DNA of 64,000 nucleotides. Origin: Octopus vulgaris (taxonomy: Eukaryota). The stretch is from positions 54,126,001 through 54,190,000 of the forward strand of contig OX597823.1 of the NCBI GenBank assembly GCA_951406725.2, written 5' to 3'. The notes beneath the pieces are model-generated. The model worked only from the letters and a program-made list of their open reading frames with translations, did not search any database and was not told the DNA's origin. The position numbers were made by a program, and so were the translations under genes. Below are positions 16,751-31,110 of this stretch, in pieces; within the stretch, counting starts at the first letter, position 1, and each line of letters opens with the position of its first letter.

Positions 16751-18031
16751 CGAGGGACGTTCAATAAGTAATGCCCCTGACCCACTTGCAATTGTTTGAT
16801 CTAGCTGAAATTTTGCATGTGCAATTATTTATATCGCTATAGATCAAGTGGCAAATTACAGCTCTGAACTAATTGTGGTTTCTGATTTACAGGTGTTTGA
16901 ACTGAGTCAAGTGTGAAATGGAGCCTGTTGAGTATCGAGCAGTGATCCGGTTTTTGTATTTGAAAGGACGCACACCACGGGAGACTTTTGATGAAATGAA
17001 AGTAACTTATGGTGATGATGCCCCATCATATGACCTTGTAAAACGCTGGCATCGTGAATTCAAACATGGTCGGAACTCTGTGGAAACAGCTCCCAGATCT
17101 GGTCGCCCCCCTTCTGCCATTGATGAGGCATCTGTACGCCAAGTTGAGGCTGCCATTTTGGAAGATCGACGCATAACAATTCACCAAATAGCCCATGAGG
17201 TCAAGATTAGTACCGGGTCTGTGGAAACTATCATTCATGACCATTTGCATATGCAAAAGGTGTCTGCCAGATGGATTCCCAGGTTGCTCACACCTTTCCA
17301 GAAGCAAGAACGCGTCGAGTGCTCGAGGATGAAGTTGGAGATGTGCCAAGAAGATGAGTCAAAATTTTTCAAAAGACTGATTACACAGGATGAAATCTGG
17401 GTCCATCACTATGATCCAGAGACCAAAGCCCAGTCAATGCAGGGGAAGCACCGTGACTCACCTCCTCCAAAGAAGGCAAGGGTGCAGCCCTCCGCTGGCA
17501 AGGTCATGCTCACAGTCTTCTGGACCAGGACGGAGTAGTGATAACAGATTTCCTGGCAAAGGGTACAACAATTACAGGAGCCTATTATGCTTCACTTTTG
17601 AGGAAATTAAGAGAAGCTATCAAAATCAAGAGGCGAGACAAGATCAGCAAAGGCATCCTCCTCCTGCAGGACAACGCTCCGGTCCACAACTCGCGTGTCG
17701 CCAGATCAGAAGCACGGGCGTGCCCCCCCATCCCCCTACTCTCCTGACCTTGCACACTCTGATTTTCACCTCTTCTCAGCCATGAAGTTGTTTTTGAAAG
17801 GAAAAAAAGCGTTTCCCAGATGATGCAGCCTTGATTTCTGAAGTCACGTCGTGGTTGGAAGACCAAGCTGGGGTCTTCTACAAAAACGGTCTCCAGAGCT
17901 GCATCAAACGATGGGAGAAATGCGTAACTCTGGGTGGTTCCTATGTAGAAAATGACTAATAACTGTGCCAAGTTTCGTTGCTCTACTGCTATGGGAAGTG
18001 GGTCAGGGGCATTACTTATTGAACGCCCCTC

Positions 18032-18032
<1 letters not shown>
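16751..18032 (+). mobile_element. Full-length mariner (Himar/irritans-like) with frameshifted transposase
   Basis: 37-bp TIRs with one mismatch (cgaggg[a/g]cgttcaataagtaatgcccctgacccactt); TA flanks; motifs WIPRLL, TQDEIW, QDNAP, YSPDLA. Confidence 0.95.
16918..17959 (+). pseudogene. Mariner transposase, frameshifted
   Basis: ORFs 16918-17538 and 17538-17747 plus a C-terminal fragment in another frame. Confidence 0.85.
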
Positions 18033-18118
<86 letters not shown>

Positions 18119-18895
18119 ACGAAAGAAAGAAAGAGTAGGTAACTATAAACAGCGTAAATGTGTTTGGGCGTTGTAAGTGCATGCATGTGTGCATTCATGT
18201 ATATCGTACACAGCATGTATAGAACCATTCAATAGACAAAACCATTTCATTTCAACTAGAGTAATTTTGTGTGTGAATGTGTGTGTGTATGTGAGTGTGT
18301 GTAAGTTTTGATATGTTTGTGTTTGTTATTGTTTAACTCATGGTCAATCATGATCGAGCATTTCCAGAAAACGTCAGCTTTCTGGAATTCTTTTCCCGCA
18401 GTTGTTTATCCTACTACTATTCAAGAGGAATATCTATCTCATATATTTGAGAGGGCATGGATGATTCAAGCCCCCACCCCAAACCAAACTAAAAACGAGA
18501 GAGAGAGAGAGAGAGAGAGTTATACGATCAAAGGTGTTGCAGCTATGACCAACTATAATTATTTTAAAGATAATGTAATTAGGAATAGATTAACTAATGT
18601 ATCCGCCATTTTCTAAGAATATAGATAGATTAATCTGCTTTTTCTAGCAGGCTGAGCGACAGCCTAGAGCAAGGATCAACAACATATTGTTGTGTCCGAT
18701 TGTTCTGGGCGGGAGATTTGGCTCACATATATATCATAAATTGCATATAAAATGTCCCCTCGTACCCCTTCCCCATCTACGAGTTCAATTACCAATGATG
18801 CTTACGTAAAGTAAAAATTAAGCAAATCATGACACAAGACTCTCTAAATGCTAACAGCTTCTCTGTAGTTCATAAGACAAATCCTAACCCTAGAC

Positions 18896-21378
18896 CAGTG
18901 GTTTCCAACCTTTTTGTGATTGCGTACCACTTGGAAGTTTCGTGCAGCCACCGCGTACAACCTGGTTCCAGAAAAACTCAATTCGATCAGATATCAGTTT
19001 AATCACAAGTAGAAAACATAAATAAACTAACAACAAAGAACACAACTCAATTTAATGTGAAGGCTGAATTTGTTTCTTTCCCCCCAGTTGGTCAATGTAG
19101 GGCATAACCTTGCTCAAAACGCATCGGAAATAGCGGGCAGGCGCAGCAAGTCGGTTCCGGCTCTTGGACTTGGTGGCCAGTAAGGCTGAGAATTCCTGCT
19201 CACACTCCCACGCAGAGGGGAAAATCAGTAGTCGGGGAACAGCGTGACGGGCTAGTGTCAGATACAACAAGGCCATACTTAGCTAGAAGTTTATAGGAGA
19301 GCATTCTTTGTGCTTCGTCTTTGCTGTCTCGTCAGCCGAATATCTAAGAATTCCTCTTGTTCCCCGGTCCCGACAGGCAACTCGGCTGGATCAACGGAGA
19401 ATGGATTGGCGATGTAGGCACATGTCACGTCCGGGAAGTAATGCATCAACTCAGTCTTGAGCAGTGAGGTGACGGACGATTTCTTGGGCAAATTCATCAC
19501 TGGACTCCCTGTCAAATGTAGCCAGAAGTCCGAACATTCTGTAGCGTTTGCTCTCCATGTTCTTCAACCACTGATCCAACTTCAGGACAAACTCTCCCAG
19601 CTTCGAGATGAACTTTGTGACAGTGCAGTTGAGCCCTTGAAACGACAGGTTTAAGTGGTTGAGGGCTCCAAAAATGTCCGACAGGTAGGCCAACCTTGAG
19701 ATAAACTCCTCGTTCTCCAGATCTTTTTGAAAATCGTATTCCTTCTCCGTGGAGAAAACAAGAAATTCATCCCTCAGTTCAAAGAAACGCCTCGTCACAT
19801 TACCCTGGGTGAGCCAGCGAATCTGTGTGGTAGAGGAGACAGATGTGGTCGGAGCCGAAATTTTCGCAGAGCAGCTTGAACAGATGAGTATTCAGAACCG
19901 ACGTTTTGACGAAATTCTCGATTCTGATAACTGGGCTCAAGCATGAAAAAAAACTTCGGAAGGAGCACCTGAGCAGAAAGGGCGAATCTGTGTATGAAAC
20001 AATGGACAGCGGTGGTGTTTGGTGACACAGCTTTCACATGGGCTTGAATACCTGACTTTCGACCGAGCCCCATCTGTTGTGCATCCGACCAACTTTTCCC
20101 AATCCAGTTCATTCTGCTTGAAGAAATTGTCCAAAAGTTGAAAATATACTTTCCTTTAGTTGTACTGGACAGTTCCTGGCTCAACAGTAGCTCAGTCTTC
20201 ACGGTATTATTTTGCGTGAAGTGGACGTAGGCAAAGTAGCTGACAGCAGTTGGTGGCGTCCGTCGATTTGTCGAGTTGAATGGTAAACCTATATTTTGAG
20301 GCTCTCACTTCCTCAATCACTTGGTCGGCAATGTCGACCGATATCTCCTCGATATGGTGCTGTACAGTGTTGTTAGAGACGGAAACACTCTCCAACTTCG
20401 CCACCGTCTCCTCTCCATTTACGTGCCTGACCAAGAGCTTTGCCGCTGGCACGACGAGAAACTCTTCAATAGTATGTGCCTTCATGTTTCTGACCACCAG
20501 GAGAGCAACTTAATTGGATGCTTTCTCAATTCCTGTCCTCTTCTGGTAGATCTAGCCAGTTTTGACTATGCGCTGCCGCTTTACGTTCTCGCCAAGTCGC
20601 TGGAAGTAACTCTGAACTAGGCCCTTCTTGTCCGCGTGATTCGTCTCAAGATGACGTTTGAGCAGGCTGGGTTTCATGGCCGCATTGGAAAGGGACTTTA
20701 TACAGACCACATACTGCGGAAGAGCTTCTCTTCCATGTTCGATTGCATATTATCAAATCCTGTGGAAAAGTAAAAAAAAAAAAATAATCAATCAAAAAAT
20801 AAAGAAATATAAAAATTAAAAAATATACAAAATAATATTAATACTACTAATAATAAAAAATATACACAATAAGAAAATTATGGGCATGAAAGTAAAAAAA
20901 TCGTTGCCAGATTACTTTGTGTAAAGCAGTAAACACTTTTGTGAAGAAAATATTAACTTGTAACGACATACCTGCCTCGCTAGCCCCAAGTCAGCCTCTA
21001 CCCAGCCCAGGGAGAACAAAGACACGCACCAGAAACCAAACAAACAACTGTCATTTATTAATGAGCTCACGGAACATTTTATACGCGCGTGCCACTCCAG
21101 ATCACTCACAGCATCACACCATACTCAAGGTCACGCACATTGGTTGGACGGCACTGATCACTGCACTAAGAGCGAATAAAAAGTAACCAGTGGTATGCCA
21201 GTAATCGAAAAGTACTGATTACTGGTTGATTGATTTGGAAAGCATTAATCACATGCTGGCCGAATAATGGAAACGGCACAAACTAAAAATCGCATATTAC
21301 CCCGAAAGTGCTCGCGTACCACCTGGAAAGCCTTCGGGTACCACTAGTGGTATGCGTACCATAGGTTGGGAACCACTG
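18896..21378 (-). mobile_element. hAT transposon of the Buster/Charlie group, full length, transposase disrupted
   Basis: TIRs cagtggtt[t/c]ccaacct; 8-bp TSD ccctagac at 18888-18895 and 21379-21386 (NNNTANNN); motifs QLDKSTD, HCFIHRFAL, RLAYLSDIF, CEQEFS. Confidence 0.92.
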
Positions 21379-22305
21379 CCCTAGACCCTACCCCTAAACT
21401 CTAACCTTAATCCTAACCCTAAACCCAGACCTTGACGCTAAACTCAACCCTATCCTTAACCCTGTTCCTAACCCAGATCTGATCATTTCAGTGTAGACTA
21501 CGGGTACTAAGTAGAAGGTAGCCTGAAATGACACCCACATTTCAGATTGCTTTTAGAAAAGGTGCAAGACCCACAGATTACATCTCAGTGGCTCGCCCAC
21601 CTGTTGCCAATCCCTGACTTAAGGCTTGAATGGATGATTGGATTTCATGGTTGTTTTTTGTTTTGTACACGTAAGAATTTTGTCAAAGTTATTTAGTGTG
21701 ATATGGGTTAGGTTGGTGAAATCTGCATCCAATTAACATAACCCACATTCCGCTTACAATATAACCAGCAGCGCTTTACGAGACGAATACCTGCACGTTG
21801 TTTGCGGAAAGAAAAACTTATGTGTTATTAAAACTTGAAAATGTTTAAAATTGAATGCAACGTATTTCTGACATTTCTTTGGGCTTGTCGACATGAGTTG
21901 TTTTGAATTTGTCTCTAGCGAATAGGTATAGTCGTTCTGTTCTACTTCAACGTTTTATTAGTAGTTATGTTATCAACACCTGATTGTATCGTTTTCATGA
22001 GAAAGCCGAACCTTACCTCCTGATCAGAACAGTAAGATACTGAAACACGAAATCACAAACCAGCAAACAAAATAAATAAATAATATATACAAAGAGAATT
22101 GATATGTGTGTGAGTGTTATTTGAATTTGTAATATAAACATGTATCCCATCCAAGTTTTATAATTCTCTATAAGCACGATTTCGTTTCTCGGATGTAAAG
22201 TACTGACAACTGAAATTTTTATCTTCTTCAAAAAACTTTCATTAATCCTTAGCTCATAAACAGTTGTCTCCATTAGGAATTTCCTTATATCTATATCTAT
22301 ATCTA

Positions 22306-22729
<424 letters not shown>

Positions 22730-24035
22730 AATCGTTATTAAAGTGACCAGGCGTGCAAGTTAGCATATATATATATAAAAAATAATCGTTTATATCTTTG
22801 AAATAAATCGTTATTTCGAAATAAATACATAGTAAACAATACTCACGTTAGAAATTTTAAATAAATAGAAATTTTCTGTTTATTTTGTACTGAATTAGTG
22901 TCCAAAACGACAAGCATTTCTAACTTATGTACAAGACCACACATTTTAGTGAGGAGCAGTTGATTTAATTAACGCTGCATTTATCTAGCCCCTCCCTATC
23001 TTCTGGTTAAATCAAATATTCTATCTAAATAAGACTTGTATTAACCATCTCCATACTGGTCTTTTAAAAACAAATCCAACCTCGATCTATCAATTTCTGG
23101 TGTCTGACTGTATAGCCAACGATACCGTCCTTTTCAGAACGCAGTTCTGGGCTGGCTATATTGGAATTCTGGGTTGCTCAGAAGCCAGGACCTCTCTCAT
23201 AATCTCACTCATGGCCTCTTAAGGGCGCAACCCTGGGCTGTCTGTTTTGAAATTCTGAGTTGCCCAAAGGCCAGGATCTCCCTCAAAACCTCACTGGTAT
23301 GGTCGAAAGAAATGCGGAGGAATAGATTTGGTACCATTTTGGGCTGTAGGTGTTGTCGGCATAGTGGTGAGTAGAACCAAACCGTACTTTGGATTTCTAC
23401 TACGCATTTATTGAGATTTACTCACTACCTTTTACTGACACGACTGTGTCAGCTATTACCCATTATCAACAATCCCGATTCGTGACGCTAGACAGAGTAT
23501 CGATACCAAGTGCTGTCAGCCGGAACTAGCCAAGTTCGGGATTCGTGTGAAACAGGGAAACACACTGAACGAGTTATTGAAGTCATTAGCCACTACCGGT
23601 GATAGCAGAGCATGGCCTTTGAAGTACTCGCAAATGCCCCGGTTGTTAGCCGCTCATATTTAAGTAAGATGTATTGCGATAAAGAAGACAGTGGAGAATG
23701 AAGAAAATAAAGAAAACAATGAAAGCAATTTCTAAACCCCAGTTCAAATGTTTTTACAATTTATGAGGATAGGTGTCTTAAGGCATGAGATTAGGCGTCT
23801 TGACGGACAAAAATGACAGATTACCTTACACGGGAACACAAAAAGAGATTAATTTCCTCATTTACCGTGCTGCTTAAATTGCATCTTACACAGCCACTTT
23901 CCTGTTCTATTTTTCTTGTTTAGACACACACCACCAGTACCAACGATAACCACGCCAGCACCATCGTCATTTCTCTCTCCCTCTATATCTCGTTATATTC
24001 TCGCTGAAATCTCTTTCTCTCTCTCTCTTCCCCTA

Positions 24036-24179
24036 CGTATGTATGTATGTATGTATGTATGTATGTATGTATGTATGTATGTATGTATGTATGTATGTAT
24101 GTATGTATGTGTGTGTGTGTATGTATGTATGTATGTATGTATGTATGTATGTATGTATGTATGTATGTATGTGTGTGTA

Positions 24180-24214
<35 letters not shown>

Positions 24215-24550
24215 GTATGTATGTATGTATGTATGTATGTATGTATGCATGTATGTATGTATGCATGTATGTATGTGTGTATGTATGTATGTGTGTATGT
24301 ATGTATGTATGTATGTATGTATGTATGTGTGTATGTACGTATGTACGTATGTATGTATGTATGTATGTATGTATGTATGTATGTATGTATGTATGTATGT
24401 ATGCATGTATGTATGTGTGTATGTGTGTATGTGTGTATGTATGTATGTATGTATGTATGTATGTATGTATGTATGTGTGTATGTATGTATGTATATATGT
24501 ATGTATGTATGTATGTAAGTGTGTGTGCATATATATGTGTGTGTGTACGT
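24036..24550. repeat. Long (TATG)n/(TG)n microsatellite
   Basis: Directly visible; source of the spurious YVCM/HTYI ORFs. Confidence 0.95.
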
Positions 24551-24589
24551 ACATATACACAGATGGTGAATGGACATATGATACATGTA

Positions 24590-24914
24590 TAATATCCATT
24601 TGAGCGTGATCGTTACCAACGTCGCCTTACTGGCACCTGTGCCGGTAGCATGTGTAAAAAGATTCGAGCGTGGTCATTGCCAGTACCGCCTGACTGGCCC
24701 CCCGTGCCGGCGACACGTAAAAAGCACCCACTACACTCTCGGAGTGGTTGGCGTTAGGAAGGGCATCCAGCTGTAGAAACACTGCCAGATCAAGGTTGGA
24801 GCCTGGTGCAGCCATCTAGATCGCCAGCCCTCAGTCAAAATCGTCCAACCCATGCTAGCGTGGAAAGCGGACGTTAAACGAAGATGATGATAATGATGAT
24901 GATGATGATGATGA

Positions 24915-24915
<1 letters not shown>
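24590..24915 (+). mobile_element. SINE/RTE-related 3' tail repeat ending in (GAT)n
   Basis: ggcgttaggaagggcatccagc..cccatgctagc.tggaaa..ggacgttaaa(gat)n; related copies near 54640 (-), 61680 and 63790. Confidence 0.6.
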
Positions 24916-24978
<63 letters not shown>

Positions 24979-25025
24979 TCTCTCTATATATATATATATA
25001 TTCGTCTCGTTGTTTTATATATATG

Positions 25026-25059
<34 letters not shown>

Positions 25060-25065
<6 letters not shown>

Positions 25066-25932
25066 GTTCGGGCTAAATTTGACGAGTTTTTATGTTTCAG
25101 CATGATGCACTGGTGAATAGTCAACGGCGTTGGAGAGCATGAAGACTAAAGTTGTAGTTGAGAAAAAGTAAGCTGACATAGAGAACAGGAAGCCATCTGA
25201 ATATTGGAAAAGGGTTACATGTGTCATGATGATTAATGCTGTGTATCAAAATGCGGACATCATGATTTGCTGCTCAGTGCTCTGTGAACACTGTAAATGT
25301 TGTAAGATGTGACATAGACAAATGCAACAGAGACTACGAAGCTGTGGTCAGCAGATCCTTAGGTGTGTCTCCAGTAAGGGTGACACCATACCGCTCCAAA
25401 TCTTTGAACAGGGCCTTAGGTTCAATTCAGACGGCCATATGAAGCTGCTGGAGACTGTGGTTACATCCTGGCTGGAGAGGATTGCCGCTAGAAGGCCATA
25501 TGTGTAGCAACAGGATTCGGTTCCTTGCCGTACCAGAAGAAAGAGTTAGAGGTGGTTGTCAGAGAATTTTTACGACTTCATCAGCCCCCAATTTCTGTCA
25601 TTTAATTCCCTCGATTGTAAACCTATGGATTATTATGCGTAGGGCGCGGTCGAAAAAGACACCAACTGCTCTTTCTGCAACACTAAGGCCGAGCTGGTCG
25701 CTATGATCAAAGAAGTGTTCGAAGATTTTCCCAAATTCACAATGAGGAACTCATACGCCTGGTTCCAGAGCCGTCTTGAGACACGCGGAGGATGCTGAAG
25801 GCAGGTTCTTTGAGTACCCAGCCATAACCCAATTGATATTTCTCGGTTTTTTAAAATATACTTTTATTTTTGGGTGGGATATTGTATTTTCTTCTGGTTT
25901 CATGCAAACTGTCGAATTTAGCCCAAAGACCC

Positions 25933-25936
<4 letters not shown>
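25060..25936 (+). mobile_element. Degenerate Tc1/mariner-superfamily (maT-like) element
   Basis: TIRs cagagtgttcgggctaaatttgac / gtcgaatttagcccaaagaccctctg; residual QQD..P and PMDY motifs. Confidence 0.7.
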
Positions 25937-25991
<55 letters not shown>

Positions 25992-26288
25992 GTGAGAAAA
26001 GGGAGGAAGGAGGAGGGAGGAGGGAAGGGTGGGCGTATGTAGCGTGCCAGTGTGTTGAGAGTAGTGTGTGTGTGCAGTGTCGTGGTAGTATGTGGCGAGT
26101 AGATTATGTGTAGAGTGATGTATGTTTCAATGTGTGTTGTGTGTGTGTGTAACGAAAAAAGGGGGTAGAAGGACTCAGCGGAGGGATGGAAGAGTGGTCC
26201 CGGAGACGGCGTGGAAACCACGCGCGACATCCCGAACGGGCGGGAGGTCTCGTCGGGTGTGTGTGTGTGCGCGAGTGTGTGTGTGTGT

Positions 26289-26337
<49 letters not shown>

Positions 26338-26399
26338 GTGTGTGTGTGAGTGTCTGTGTGTGTGTGTGTATGTGTATGTGGGGAGAGAGAGAGAGAGAT

Positions 26400-27579
26400 A
26401 CATGTACAGCAAGGGCTGGTTTGATAAATTTCGAAGGAGGTTTAACCTTAAGAGTGTGTCTCCGCATGGAGAAGCTGCCTCTGCTGACAAACCCGCTGCT
26501 GAGGAGTACGTGAACGAGACGTTCAACACCATCGTCGAGGAAGGGGGATATTCGCGTGAACAAGTTTTCAGTATGGATAAGACTGGCCTCTCTTGGAAAC
26601 GGATACCATCGCGGACTTTCATTATGAAGGAGGAGGCTAGAGCCCCTGGATTTAAGGCGTACAAAAATCGCGTCACAATTATAATGTGTGGAAATGCTGC
26701 AGGTTTTATCATAAAGCCAGGACTTATTCATAATTAAAAACAACCCAAGGGCCCTCAAAAACAAAAATAAGAACTTGATGCCTGTGCATTGGATGCACAA
26801 CCAGAAGGCATGGATAACGAAATCACTGACATCGGATTGGTTTCACCAGTGCTTCATCCCCGAAGTCATGGTTTATCTTGCCGAGAAAGGAGTGGAATTC
26901 AAAGTGCTTCTCCTAATGGACAATGCTGGAGGTCACGCACTCAACCTGTTGTAAGAGGGCGTACAAATCGAATTCTTACCGCTAAGCACCACGTCGCTGT
27001 TCTAGCCCATGGATCAAGGCTTTACTTATGCTTTTAAGGCGCTCTATACGCGAAACTCCCTGCAACACCTGGTCGAGGCTATGGACTCAGATGATAATTT
27101 CTCACTGAAGGCGTACTGGCGTGGGTACACCATTGCACCGTGTCACCAAAATATTCAGAAGGCCATAAAAGAAATGAAAAACGAAACTTTGAATGCCAAC
27201 TAGAAGAAATTGTGGCCAGAAGCGGTCCACGACTAACGAGGATTCTCTCCTGACGAAATCCACCACTCTGGAGTAGATAAGGCAGTGAAGCTGGCAAAAT
27301 TGTCAGGAGGAGATGGCTTCATCGATATGACTACCAAGGACGTTAAAAACCTGATCGAGGCCCACTCAGATCCGTTAACAGATGAAGATCTGACAGAGAT
27401 GACGAAGTCAGCAAGTGAGAAGGAACAAGAGGATCCAGGGGAAGAAGAAGAAGAAGAAGAAGAAGAAGAAGAAGAAGAAGAAGAAGAAGAAGAAAAAGAA
27501 GAAGAAGAAGAAGAAGAAGAAGAAGAAGAAGAAGAAGAAGAAGAAGAAGAAGAAGAAGAAGAAGAAGAAGAAGAAGAAG

Positions 27580-27610
<31 letters not shown>

Positions 27611-28007
27611 CGGCTTATCACTAGAACGCTTCTCAATTGTAGCAAAAACGGCAAAAGTACTTCAGAGATTGGCGAAAAATTGGGACCTTCAGATGATTCG
27701 TGCGTTGCAGTTCAGAAATGAAGTCGACGGAGCCATGGACGTTTATAAAAACCTCCTCACACAGAAGAAAAGGCGGCGCGAGCAACTACCCATCATTATG
27801 TTTCTCACCCGCAAAAGAGAAGACACGGTTACTCTTAAGAGTGTAGGGAGAGTTTATAAAAGCTTAAATATACAAAAATAATAAAATAAATATATACAAA
27901 TTATAAAAATAATTAAAAATTTACGGTACAGTACTGTTTCTACTTCGCGGATTTTCACCTATCGCGGTGGGTTTTGGAACGTAACACCCGCGATAGTCGA
28001 GGGATTA
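26400..28007 (+). mobile_element. Tigger/pogo (TIGD1-like) transposon remnant
   Basis: SKGWFDKFRRR..HGEAASAD..QVFSMDKTGLSWKRIPSRTFI..APGFKAYKNRVT..CGNAAG, LLMDNAGGH, PMDQG; terminus cgcgatagtcgagggatta. Confidence 0.85.
27441..27609 (+). repeat. (GAA)n expansion inside the Tigger ORF
   Basis: About 56 triplets, in frame as poly-Glu. Confidence 0.95.
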
Positions 28008-28757
28008 ACCAACACAAATCGTCTTAATTTACCGTCTTCCTCTTCCTATAACCACCACCATAACAATCTCCGTCGCTGCCACGCTGTCGCCACCACGCTG
28101 TCGCCACCATGCCGCCGCCACCAAGCCGCCCCACCATGCCGCCCCCGCTCCCTCCACGCCGCCACCACGCCACTGCCACGCCACCGCCGCCGACAGCACC
28201 ACGACTACCACAACTATCACCACCACTAAAGCTGCTGCCGCCTCCGCCACCACCGCCACCACCGTGACCATCAGTGCCATTAATAAAAATGTAACATGTA
28301 ACACAAGTGAAATGTAAAGAAGTAAAGAAGAAAAGAAGGAAAGAAGAAAGAGAAAGTAAAAACTAGCACACTTTATTGTTAAAGACGCCAGAATAATCAA
28401 CTTGCAGGTCCGATCGTAAAACTCTCAAGTGTAGTTGTGAAGTTCTTTAAGCATATTAACAATCAAGGTGATAGTATACAGGTGAACAAAAAAGAAAAAT
28501 AATAAATATAAAGAAGCGCAAAGAACAGTCAATAATAAAGTAAACAAACAGGGGGATATGCTGGAAGGGAATATTTAACATAAAAGATTTGAAAGTAAGG
28601 CAAACATAAATAGTGAAGGCATAATTTTTTAATCATTTTGATAGCGTGAGAACTGTGGTTCCTGTCTTGGTCGGTGCATGTCTCAGTTCTCTGGTCTCTT
28701 TTTTTCTCTTGTATGTATGTATGTATGTATGTATGTATGTATGTATGTATGTATGTA

Positions 28758-28790
<33 letters not shown>

Positions 28791-30065
28791 ATGTATGTAT
28801 GTATGTATGTATGTATGTATGTATGTATGTATGTGTGTGTATGTATGTATCTATGTGTGTATGTATGTATGTATAAATGTATGCAAGCTTGCATGCATGT
28901 ATGTATGTATGTATGTATGTATGTATGTATGTATGTATGTATGTATGTATGTATTTACGTATCAAGGGTAGAACAGAAAGGATACAACAAGAAGTTAGAC
29001 GAAAGCAGAGCAAACGGGAAGCAAAACGAAAACTTGACAGACGAGAAATGAGACAAAGACACGATACACGGGATATTCGCAACTGAGTTTTCCTCGTAAG
29101 TCAATGAGGTTTTGCAGCTGAGTTTTCCTCGTCAGTCAATATCAGAGCAGTTTCAGGCCAATTACCATTGATACTGCTCAATTTGCAGGCGCCAGTACTT
29201 TTTTATTAAACTACTGGGAAAAAGCTAGTGAATATGTACAAACAAGACATTACATAAGTACAACAGACAAAGAATTATGCATATATAATAGCACGAAGCC
29301 TTACGGCTGTATACAAAGGGAGAGAAAAGTAAAAAATTTACATATACCACAAATACAACAGAAAGAGCTTTTCAGCTATCGAACGGGGTTACGCAAAGAG
29401 GAAATGGAGTAAGTCCTAACGGACTAAGCGGGACCCGAGGCCAGCATGACCCGTCAGGTTAAACGTAGGGCGAAACAGAACAATATTGCCTTCGCCGGAC
29501 ACCGATCACGTAGTAGGCAAGGGAGGCAAGCGAGAGTGGAAAGAGAGTGTAAGAGTGGAGAAAGAGATAGAGTAAGAGTAGAGATGGAAAGAGATGTAAG
29601 CATGTATGTATGTATGTATGTATGTATGTATGTATGTATGTATGTATGTATGTATGTATGTATGTATGTATGTATGTATGTATGTATGTATGTATGTATG
29701 TATGTATGTATGTGCCGGGACATAGAAATTCTCAGGCTGGTGTCCAAGTGCGCAGTAAGCCCACCGGGAGTGAGGGACTACTGCTCTTTGTTAAGACATT
29801 CTCGTAGGAGAATGTTAACTCGTACCGTATATAAAACCCGCTGCTCTAATAAGCCGGATATCTTGCAATTTGCTTGTTTCTGGGCTTCTTGGTATTGCTA
29901 GTCGATGATGGTGTTGTGCAAGCCACAGTTGAGTTAAAACCTTTGCATGGGGCATTGCCGGCCTTCAACACTTAACATCTTGTGTTCTTGTGGTAGGAAC
30001 TACCAGTTATAAGTCAACTTGTTAACGATGGTCATGTTCGGCTAACGAATGGACAGTCATAATGT

Positions 30066-30106
<41 letters not shown>

Positions 30107-30500
30107 TACATACATACATACACACACATACATACATACATACATACATACATACATACATACATACATACAGACAGACAGACAGACAGACATACATACA
30201 TACAGACATACATACAGACAGACACACACCCACACACACATTAATAATAATAATAATAATAATAATGATAATAATAATAATAATAATGTGGTACATCACA
30301 CATATTGAGAAGAGCATTGTCGATGTGAGAACTGTTGCTGCTCATGTATTTTAATTTAACTTAAAAAAAAAAAAAAGAAATGAACGAACTATTGAGTTTG
30401 GTTTAATGGCCTACCAATGTATACTATGAGGTTCTTTGCCCTAGGAGTCGGGAAGACACTCGGCAAGAAATGGAAGCAAATTTGAAAGAAGAAAAAAAAA

Positions 30501-30535
<35 letters not shown>

Positions 30536-30832
30536 GAGTAAGGAGACTTGTACATCCACAAAATTTATTTTATAGTTATATACAGCATAATATAATCACC
30601 TGCAGCGACTACACTCTGTCGCAAATGCAACCTTGCAATATTGTCGATGCAGCTTCATCAGGGTCCGTCCATTTGGTCATTCTCAAAGTCAACTGATTGT
30701 TGTGTGATTAAAAAGCATACTTCCTACACATGCAACCATGTAGCTTTGGGTTCAGTCCTACTGAGCGGCACCTTGTCTTCTACTAAGGCTTTGCGAGTGG
30801 GTTGGGAGACGAAAACTGTAAGAAGCTCGTCG

Positions 30833-30923
<91 letters not shown>

Positions 30924-31110
30924 TTATCTATCTATCTATATAATCAAAATAAGCAACAAGGATATCCAGAAGTAATGCATTACGATCGTTTCAGGTGACT
31001 CTATTTAATTGAACAATGCAAACATTACATCAATTTAAAATGTAGAGCAATCTTCAGCTGCACAAAAAACATAGAATTTAATTAAATTTGAAGGACATAG
31101 TATAATTTTA

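Noticed and set aside
23916-24619. Long ORFs such as YVCM/HTYI/IYIY/LSIY repeats here and throughout (e.g. 33275-34240, 34738-35459)
   Set aside because: Translations of stop-free microsatellites with no coding signal
26160-26260. GC/CpG-rich patch as a promoter or N-terminus of ORF 26186-26737
   Set aside because: The ORF is a chance fusion through (TG)n with the Tigger fragment; no independent support
27343-27654. Poly-Lys and poly-Leu ORFs
   Set aside because: Alternative frames of the (GAA)n run
29078-29140. CUGACGA on the minus strand within a short duplicated unit
   Set aside because: No GAAA, helix III or NUH in the right arrangement
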